From: an uncultured bacterium
GTDB taxonomy: Bacteria; Hinthialibacterota; Hinthialibacteria; Hinthialibacterales; G963663365
Direction of reading: 5' to 3'
Assembly (NCBI GenBank): GCA_964436365.1
Contig: CAYTDF010000120.1
Location: 1-10,446, forward strand
DNA: 10,446 bases
Below, piece by piece: positions 1-5,928 of the stretch. The translations under genes were made by a program, and so were the position numbers. The stretch's first letter is position 1; each line of letters starts with the position of its first letter. The notes under the pieces are model-generated. The model was not told where the DNA came from, did no database searches, and was given only the letters and a program-made list of their open reading frames with translations.

Positions 1-174
1 TTTGATATGCTTCTGAAAAGCCTCTACGAAAGGCTCCGCATATCCCTCATATTCGGATATCCGCACGTGGACTGTCTCTGCTGCGGATGGAGCCAAGACG
101 CAACATAGAGCAAATAGAATTGCCACTGGAGCAAGTCTGGGAAATTCTCTAGTCATTTTTGCGCCGCTAGGCAT
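1..174 (-). CDS. 5'-partial CDS running off the left edge: N-terminus of a secreted protein (Sec signal peptide). It is possibly a periplasmic solute-binding protein.
   Basis: Reading the minus strand from ATG at 172..174, the frame is open for 58 codons to position 1: MPSGAKMTREFPRLAPVAILFALCCVLAPSAAETVHVRISEYEGYAEPFVEAFQKHIK... GGAG sits 8 nt upstream of the ATG (plus 183..186). The n-region/hydrophobic core/SAA-cleavage layout is typical of a signal peptide. The mature N-terminus resembles the start of ABC-type substrate-binding proteins, but that is inference from about 25 residues. An alternative start is M7 at 154..156. The gene is not in the supplied ORF track because it lacks a stop within the window. 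Confidence 0.5.
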   Translation of the reverse strand, partial: MPSGAKMTREFPRLAPVAILFALCCVLAPSAAETVHVRISEYEGYAEPFVEAFQKHIK

Positions 175-229
175 GGCGGTCGCTCCTCTGGCGGGGAAAT
201 CGCGGAAGTTACATAACCCTTTGGAAACC

Positions 230-1276
230 TCAACGAACCTCGGACCCTCCCCACGAATCCAACGTCCCGATGAGGTCCGAAAACTCCGTGCCGATCGAGT
301 CGAGCAGGCGGGGTACGGCAGTAGAATCATGAATACCGGCGGCTGATGCCGACAGCGGTAGCGCCGCAGCCGCGTGGGCTGCGGGCGGAGCAGCCATATC
401 ACCGGTGTTGAGGATTAGCGGTAGGCCATCTTGAGGTCCGCCGATAATAACGATCTTCGCGTTCGGCGATTGCGCCAGCGCCAGAGTGGCCTCGATTCCC
501 CTCCAACGCAGAAGCTGTGGCGAGATGCCCTCGCCCACAATGTCCTGAAAGTCCCGGATACCGGTAGCCAAAATCACCTTGCGTTTGGCCTCCTCTTCCG
601 CCTGCATCAAAATGTATTTGTATTTTTGCGCGTTGTGCTGTTCGCGAAGTTTGTCTTCGATCGCCTCCTGCACCATCTGCGGCAATACAAGCCGGGTGAT
701 CAGCAGATCATCCAAGGTCACGAATTCCTCCGTCAATTGCAGGAGCGACTCGCTTAATGCGCTTTCGAGCAATCCATATTCCGCCTGATACAGCTCCGCA
801 GGCTCGTACTTGCCGATGATCATACGCAGAGCCGCTTCGACTTCTGGGATAATCACCGCTTCCAAATAATCCGGCCCCAGCTCTTGGTGCAAGTGGTTTA
901 GCTGTATATCCCGATGTGGGTGGTAGCGAATCGAGACAAAAATATCGATGCGTAAACCATCCTGGCTCAAGACATGAAACTCGTGAGTCACTTGTTGCTC
1001 GCGAACGTTATAGATTTCAATCTTGTCCCACGGGTAGATCACATGCAAACCCTCCGAAAACGGCGGTTTGTCTAGCACAGTGCCGCCTCCGAAACGCTTG
1101 AAATAGACGCCGAGTTCGCCCGCATGCACGGTAATGAAGATGCTCTTCCAGAAATAGACAATAAGCAACACGGTCAGGAATAATCCGATCTCAGCCTTGA
1201 ACCGATGCCGCACCACCCATTCACGGATGCGACCAAATACGCCTGGAGGCGCTTGCCCGCCATTCTCGGATGCCAT
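230..1276 (-). CDS. SPFH/band-7 family membrane protein (prohibitin-like), with an N-terminal TM anchor and an Ala/Pro-rich C-terminal tail.
   Basis: A 348-aa ORF has GAGGA 6 nt upstream of its ATG (plus 1283..1287). There is an N-terminal hydrophobic helix (IGLFLTVLLIVYFW), and a colinear match to the prohibitin/HflC pattern follows. The matching motifs are GLHVIYPW, LGPDYLEAVIIPEVEAALRMIIGKYEPAELY, LDDLLITRLVLPQMVQEAIEDKLREQHNAQKYKYILMQAEEEAKRK and AKIVIIGGPQDGLPLILN. The last ~60 aa are a low-complexity A/P/S-rich tail. Confidence 0.85.
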   Translation of the reverse strand: MASENGGQAPPGVFGRIREWVVRHRFKAEIGLFLTVLLIVYFWKSIFITVHAGELGVYFKRFGGGTVLDKPPFSEGLHVIYPWDKIEIYNVREQQVTHEFHVLSQDGLRIDIFVSIRYHPHRDIQLNHLHQELGPDYLEAVIIPEVEAALRMIIGKYEPAELYQAEYGLLESALSESLLQLTEEFVTLDDLLITRLVLPQMVQEAIEDKLREQHNAQKYKYILMQAEEEAKRKVILATGIRDFQDIVGEGISPQLLRWRGIEATLALAQSPNAKIVIIGGPQDGLPLILNTGDMAAPPAAHAAAALPLSASAAGIHDSTAVPRLLDSIGTEFSDLIGTLDSWGGSEVR

Positions 1277-1297
1277 TACATTTCCTCGCGATTGCGG

Positions 1298-1314
1298 CCC
1301 GCCATTCTGGCGGG
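1298..1314 (-). promoter_or_regulatory. GC hairpin in the 5' leader of the SPFH gene (6-bp stem CCCGCC/GGCGGG, 5-nt loop), about 10 nt upstream of its SD.
   Basis: The sequence cccgcc-attct-ggcggg, a perfect inverted repeat, is seen directly. There is no flanking U-run on either strand, so it is not an intrinsic terminator. A 10-bp perfect palindrome AAACCGGTTT at 1343..1352 lies just upstream, adjacent to an A8/T8 tract at 1338..1345. Confidence 0.3.
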
Positions 1315-1593
1315 GGAGTTCGCTAGAATCACCACTTAAAAAAAACCGGTTTATTGAATTCCGACACTAATGCGCATGTTACTGCTGAGAATGTCGGACC
1401 GCAAGGTCCACAGCACTCTGGCGCCGCTAATGAGAAGGCAGTGCGCAAACACCACACGCACTGCATCCGACCTACGGATTCGAAAAGGGCCACTTGCACG
1501 GGTGCTCTTCTGTCCGCTTTCACCGACTGGCGATCTCAGTGCGCCACACCGGCGCCCCGGTCTCACACGCGCCTTTCCTCCCAAGACAGGTCG

Positions 1594-1610
1594 GCCGGTA
1601 TCGGCTTTTT
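1594..1610 (+). terminator. Weak intrinsic-terminator-like motif in plus orientation (GCCG-gtat-CGGC followed by TTTTT) inside the 415-bp non-coding gap.
   Basis: A 4-bp GC stem (5 bp with one G-U pair) is followed by T5 at 1606..1610. No plus-strand gene lies upstream, and the stem is short, so this may be chance. Confidence 0.2.
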
Positions 1611-1692
1611 CTGTAGCCAAGGTCATTCCGTCGCACCATGAACAAATGACCAGTCACCGCACCTCAGGATGTACCGTCCCACAATCCGACTC

Positions 1693-3126
1693 CTAGGCCC
1701 TCGCATCGGTGACGGTTCCGTCGGCTGCGTCACACTTGACGACGGCAATCGCACCCTTGTAATCGCCGCCGAGCGCACCGAGAAACTGCTCCATCAGTTG
1801 GTCCGGCGGCATGGTTAATAAATGCCGCTGATAGATGCCGATCCGATGCGCAGCCTCACCCGCGAAGGTATGAAGAACAATAGACTCTCCTGCCGCCAGA
1901 GTTCCTTCCCAGGTCGTCAACTGGTCCAGGCCAAGTCCCTGGAGCCAGATTTGGAACCGGCCGGTCGTCAAATCGATTTCGACACAGTGAAAAAAGTCAA
2001 TCTCGTAAAATCCTGCCAGGATTTCGTAGACATTCGCATCGCCGTCACCGTCGAGATAACTGCGGATCAGCGTGCTGACGGTCGACACACCGAGGAAGAG
2101 ATTCGACTCGTCCGTTCCCTTCAGGGACCCGGTCACCCCAAGTAACTTCTGCGGCGTGCATTGCACGTCGAGGAAATCCCGGCCCGCGGGGCCGATTATC
2201 CTGCCGCATGCGATAAAGGCGCCCGAGGAAACGCGTACGGGGGCCTGGAATTCGGCTGCGTATTTCGCCCGCAAGCCCTCTCGCGTTCTGTGTCTCTCTT
2301 GTTGCATGAGATTCCGGCTGAAGCGGGAATCGGCCTCATCCAGGACACTGATCATCGTATTGTAGGCGTCCCCCAGTTCTTGGAACTCTTGTATACGGAG
2401 AAAACCGAGCCACCGGCGATCCCCCCCCTCCACAGCCGCTCGAAACGCCTCGGTGAGAATCCGGACCGGCCGCCCGATAAACGTAGAAAGCATCTGAATG
2501 GCAACAACTCCCAGGAGCGCGATCGACAATCCGGTTTTGGCAACGTGGGCGATGACGCCGTGGGACCGCTCAGCGATATGTGAAACATCTGTTTCCACGG
2601 CCACAACCGCGACCATTGCGCCGCTGCCGTCGGAGACGGGCGCCAGTGCGCGTAGAACGGGAATAAGTCTGTCCTCAGACTGGTGCCGCAACCGGCGCAC
2701 GACCGCGCGCTCCATCTCTCCGGCATCACTTCGGTCGTGTGAGAGCAACGCCCGGACCGCCTGCAGATCTTCTTCTGAAATCTTCTCCATATCCACCGCT
2801 GTCCAGACTCCTCGCACATACAGAAGCTGTTCGCCGTCTCTTCCGTAAATCGCCAGGCTGCGAAGCAGTCCGGACTCATAGACGCGTTGCAGTGGAGTCA
2901 AAAGGTGCGACACGGTCTCTGCGTCTTCGGCCTCCTTCCCGCCGAGTCGTTCGAGATAGACGGGATTGATGGATTCCGCCAACGAAACGGCGAAGGCTTC
3001 GATTTCGCCTTGCGCCCCCCACATCATTTCATTTCGCTCGGACAGGTACCTGCTAATTCCCATAATCACGACCGCCCCGAGGAGGAGAGGTAAGATCACG
3101 ATTGAGCTTTGGGTGCGGAGTTTCAT
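1693..3126 (-). CDS. Membrane sensor protein with the order TM, periplasmic Cache-like domain, TM, HAMP, then a C-terminal SpoIIE/PP2C-like domain whose catalytic motifs are degenerate (putative pseudo-phosphatase, RsbU-like architecture).
   Basis: The ORF is 477 aa. TM1 is IVILPLLLGAVVIMGI. A ~170-aa extracytoplasmic region ends in the Cache-type pattern GAMVAVVAVETDVS. TM2 is LSIALLGVVAIQMLSTFI. The HAMP pattern is PVRILTEAFRAAVEGG...EFQELGDAYNTMISVLDEA. The C-terminus aligns colinearly to SpoIIE/PP2C motifs at four places. GRDFLDV matches GGDFYDV. LGVTGSLKG matches GDVSGKG with the Asp lost. FFHCVEIDLTTGRFQIWLQGLG matches FTLLYxVLDxxTGxLxYxNAGH. GESIVLHTFAG matches GDRLLLYTDG with the Asp lost. 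Its start codon lies 1 nt after the stop of the upstream gene. Confidence 0.75.
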   Translation of the reverse strand: MKLRTQSSIVILPLLLGAVVIMGISRYLSERNEMMWGAQGEIEAFAVSLAESINPVYLERLGGKEAEDAETVSHLLTPLQRVYESGLLRSLAIYGRDGEQLLYVRGVWTAVDMEKISEEDLQAVRALLSHDRSDAGEMERAVVRRLRHQSEDRLIPVLRALAPVSDGSGAMVAVVAVETDVSHIAERSHGVIAHVAKTGLSIALLGVVAIQMLSTFIGRPVRILTEAFRAAVEGGDRRWLGFLRIQEFQELGDAYNTMISVLDEADSRFSRNLMQQERHRTREGLRAKYAAEFQAPVRVSSGAFIACGRIIGPAGRDFLDVQCTPQKLLGVTGSLKGTDESNLFLGVSTVSTLIRSYLDGDGDANVYEILAGFYEIDFFHCVEIDLTTGRFQIWLQGLGLDQLTTWEGTLAAGESIVLHTFAGEAAHRIGIYQRHLLTMPPDQLMEQFLGALGGDYKGAIAVVKCDAADGTVTDARA

Positions 3127-3127
3127 A

Positions 3128-3532
3128 TCACTTATCGAATGCTTCGCAGATTCCTTCCCGGTGAGCGAGTGGCAGTAACCCCACCACGAATGCCGGGCAG
3201 TCGTTCAGGATGGTAAAGAAGTGTCCTTTTTGAATCGTCAGACAATGTGCCCCCGCCTCTTCTCCCGCTACGAGTTCGCACGACAGCGGAGCGTCGAAGA
3301 GCAGTGAGTGCAGACCGATGGCTGTCGGCAGTTCCTCTCCCCCAGGCGTCACCAATCGTCCCTCGACGGCGACGATCAGACGCGAGAGCACAGTACCCGG
3401 CTGTACCACAATCTGCCCGGGACGGTAGGTGCGCTCCTTCGCCACCTCCGCGACAAGACCCAGTTCGCCGTCCCGTAGCGCGTCGAAGGGAGGCACATTG
3501 CGAAGTGCGAAAAGTTTCTCAATGAGATTCAT
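3128..3532 (-). CDS. Stand-alone cyclic-nucleotide-binding (CAP/CNB-fold) domain protein of 134 aa, with an atypical phosphate-binding cassette.
   Basis: The stretch LFALRNVPPFDALRDGELGLVAEVAKERTYRPGQIVVQPGTVLSRLIVAVEGRLVT follows the CNB helix and beta-roll consensus. The PBC region (LHSLLFDAPLSCELVAGEE) lacks the conserved Arg. The ATG overlaps the stop of the upstream sensor gene by 4 nt (ATGA). Confidence 0.7.
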   Translation of the reverse strand: MNLIEKLFALRNVPPFDALRDGELGLVAEVAKERTYRPGQIVVQPGTVLSRLIVAVEGRLVTPGGEELPTAIGLHSLLFDAPLSCELVAGEEAGAHCLTIQKGHFFTILNDCPAFVVGLLPLAHREGICEAFDK

Positions 3533-5928
3533 GATCTTGGCCTAGCCACAATCGTAACGGTTGATGCAGGGACACAAACCCCTGCGGTCCTCACCCTAAC
3601 TCTTATTTGGTCCGCCAGGACGTGCGCTCCGGAAGCCGCCATCTGTCCTGCGGTGCTTCCTTCCAGAAAAGAAGCCACCAGTGGCGCTGCTTCCGGAGAA
3701 CTCAGAATCAGCGCCTGGCTCTCTTGGATCGACGTCGATGTAATCTCAGACAGTGGCAGCTCCCGGCGATGCCCCTGAGCGTCAATGGACACACAGGCGA
3801 GCGGACAATTTGGTAAAACGCGCGTCTCGCCGTTCTCGCTGTCCATATAGACGAACCATTCGACGCGGTCCGGGTAGATCCTTTCGAGCAAGGAAGAAAT
3901 CGCGTTCCAGTCACCCCCATGTTTCTCCAGCAAACAAACCGAAGCATAGGCGATCTCGCAACGCAGTTTGGCTTCTTGCAACGCGTCTCCACTTTGCTTC
4001 CCGGCCCAGGCAATTACACGGCTTTCCCATTCCACGGCGCCCGAAAAGTTCCCCACAGTCTCTTCCACGCCGATGTGCAAACTGCCCACGGCCCCCTCAC
4101 GCAACTTCGCGAGGGCGGCATACTCCCGCGATAGCATACGCGTGAGTTCCCGGCGTGCGGATTCATCGGTCAATCGTCTTCGCGCGCTGGATCGCTCGTC
4201 AGACGATTTCTTGAGTGCTTGGCTGAGCCGATTGAACGCGCTGCACAGTTCTTTGACTTCCGCTGGCCCCTCAATCGGGGCTTGCTCGCCGTAGTGCCCC
4301 GCAGCCACGCTGATCGTCTTCTCACGCAACTGCGCGATGGGTTTGGTGAGGGCCAAAATAACGAGGTAGACCGCCAAGAGTGTTGCAAAGAATGCGAAGA
4401 GCCCCACCGCCAGCGTCTTCAACAAGGCGATGCGTGCTTTTGGCTCGATGATAGAAACATCGATATCCGTTCCCACAATCGCACAAACCAAACCGGCGGT
4501 GTCATAGATCGGTGCGTAGCCGGTTTTCAGCAGCCCCCACTCCGCCCACTCCTCGACGTCGGATTGATAGACACCCCCCAATGTGACCTTCCCATAAACC
4601 TGGTACCCAGTGCCCTCCGGATACGTATCTTCGTCACCAATCGCCGAGTGGTCCTCATCGGTACTCGCGTCGAGGAGGTAAATAATATCGTCCGGGCCCT
4701 GTTTCTCCGGATGGTAAAACGCGTACAAATACGTGACGTTCAGTTTCTCTTTGATCCGGCGCATGGGCAAAACTTCGTCGAGGTACGCGTCGCTGACTTC
4801 ATTGTGGAATCCACGCCACCAACCTTCTTCCCAGACGGTCCCGCTGTTTGGATCGATGCCCACCAAACCGTCCGCGGCAGCAAGCAAGTACTGCCGTTCG
4901 GCGTCCCAGGCCAGTCCCCGGATCGCCGACTCGAACAAGAGCAGCGGGGCCGACTCGGACTCCACCACCTCCACGGGACCGTTTTCCTCCGCATCGGGCG
5001 TCTCTACCTCTGTGTCGGCCGGATGCTGCACGTCATGAATATGTTGGGCGATATCCAACACCAGGGAGCGTGCGGCGGCGGTCTCGCCGGGCGACGCCAT
5101 TCCGCGTACGCGGTCGTATTCCAACGCCCGCAAGAAATCCTGTCTGTCGATTTGGACCGGTGCCGAGCGCGCTACCGCCGTCGGCTGAGGACCGGATCGA
5201 AGCCGTCCGAGCGGACGAACGGCCGCTGTCTGCGGATCGATGGCCACCAGTTTCTGGGCTGTTTCGTCGATCCCGAGCAAGCGCCCGGCGGATGGATCGT
5301 AAACAAGGCCTGTCAAAGAAACCGAAAGCGGCCCCACAACCTTGGCGTCTCCCGAGATCGGCTCCACACGGAGCAGCGCGGCCCCGCCCGCGTACAGGGT
5401 CTTTTCCTCCAAGTGATACGCCAGCCCGGTACAGGGTTGCGGCAGAGGCGTAGTAGCCGTTGCTTCACCACGATCCATTGCGATGACGGCCAAATGCGAA
5501 CCTGAGCGGTCCAAGCCGTACAGCACGTCCGCGCCGGGGTCGTGAGCGAGTGCGGTGATTCCTTCCAGTCCGTGCCCTTGAGTCGCTTCCAGGCCGCCAT
5601 GACGCGGATCAATGGTCACCAGTTGCCCTGACTCCCGGTCAATCCCGAACAGCGCAGATCGTGAGTCCACGTACGCCAGGCATTCAACGGCAGGTTTCCG
5701 GAGAATCGTCTTCATCCCCCGATCGCCATCGATAAACGCGCCCACCACCGTGCTAACCGCTGAGAGCTGGCGACCAAAACCGTCGTCAATGCCGCTGTAG
5801 AGGTCTCGATAGGTGTTTGCGCCCATCCAGACCGTTGCCGCCAATAGAATCGGCAGCAGAAAGGTCAGGTACGCCGACTGCATCCGGAATCGGAGCCCAT
5901 CTCGCTTATGGTCTTGCCGTGCGCTCAT
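3529..5928 (-). CDS. Large membrane sensor protein with the order TM, periplasmic YVTN-like beta-propeller repeats plus a Cache-like module, TM, HAMP, then a highly degenerate SpoIIE/PP2C-like C-terminal domain.
   Basis: The ORF is 799 aa. The N-terminal TM is LTFLLPILLAATVWMG. At least four ~40-aa repeats have the form GLAYxxxxxxLYGxDxxxxxLxxIDPxTG, for example GLVYDPSAGRLLGIDETAQKLVAIDPQTAAV and GLAWDAERQYLLAAADGLVGIDPNSGTV. The Cache-like pattern is YDTAGLVCAIVGTDIDVSII. The second TM is LAVGLFAFFATLLAVYLVILAL, and the HAMP pattern is KPIAQLREKTISVAAGHYGEQ...VKELCSAFNRLSQAL. The C-terminus matches the SpoIIE-fold motifs but with the metal-binding Asp residues substituted. VGNFSG stands in place of VGGDFYD. 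FVYMDSENGETRVLPNCPL stands in place of the FTLLY..AGH motif. The GDxLLLYTDG motif has no recognisable counterpart. AGGTGA lies 8 nt upstream of the ATG, and the ATG abuts the stop of the upstream gene (TGAATG). Confidence 0.85.
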   Translation of the reverse strand: MSARQDHKRDGLRFRMQSAYLTFLLPILLAATVWMGANTYRDLYSGIDDGFGRQLSAVSTVVGAFIDGDRGMKTILRKPAVECLAYVDSRSALFGIDRESGQLVTIDPRHGGLEATQGHGLEGITALAHDPGADVLYGLDRSGSHLAVIAMDRGEATATTPLPQPCTGLAYHLEEKTLYAGGAALLRVEPISGDAKVVGPLSVSLTGLVYDPSAGRLLGIDETAQKLVAIDPQTAAVRPLGRLRSGPQPTAVARSAPVQIDRQDFLRALEYDRVRGMASPGETAAARSLVLDIAQHIHDVQHPADTEVETPDAEENGPVEVVESESAPLLLFESAIRGLAWDAERQYLLAAADGLVGIDPNSGTVWEEGWWRGFHNEVSDAYLDEVLPMRRIKEKLNVTYLYAFYHPEKQGPDDIIYLLDASTDEDHSAIGDEDTYPEGTGYQVYGKVTLGGVYQSDVEEWAEWGLLKTGYAPIYDTAGLVCAIVGTDIDVSIIEPKARIALLKTLAVGLFAFFATLLAVYLVILALTKPIAQLREKTISVAAGHYGEQAPIEGPAEVKELCSAFNRLSQALKKSSDERSSARRRLTDESARRELTRMLSREYAALAKLREGAVGSLHIGVEETVGNFSGAVEWESRVIAWAGKQSGDALQEAKLRCEIAYASVCLLEKHGGDWNAISSLLERIYPDRVEWFVYMDSENGETRVLPNCPLACVSIDAQGHRRELPLSEITSTSIQESQALILSSPEAAPLVASFLEGSTAGQMAASGAHVLADQIRVRVRTAGVCVPASTVTIVARPRS

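Noticed and set aside
1476-1484. A TTCGAATCC (tRNA T-loop-like) motif on the minus strand.
   Set aside because: The flanking 5-nt segments do not pair into a T-stem. No acceptor or anticodon arms could be built around it. It is a chance match.
1354-1696. Plus-strand ORFs of 95 and 108 aa, and a minus-strand ORF of 91 aa, inside the 415-bp gap.
   Set aside because: They are Arg/Ser/Thr/Pro-rich with no SD and no motif. They are more likely non-coding. The region was kept as a finding rather than a CDS.
4219-5505. A 428-aa plus-strand ORF, together with overlapping plus ORFs at 4848..5453 and 4733..5038, antisense to the large sensor gene.
   Set aside because: The translation is Arg/Pro/Gly-rich with low complexity and no recognisable domain. 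It lies entirely within a minus-strand CDS that has clear domain architecture and coupling signals. It is a typical shadow ORF of a high-GC gene.
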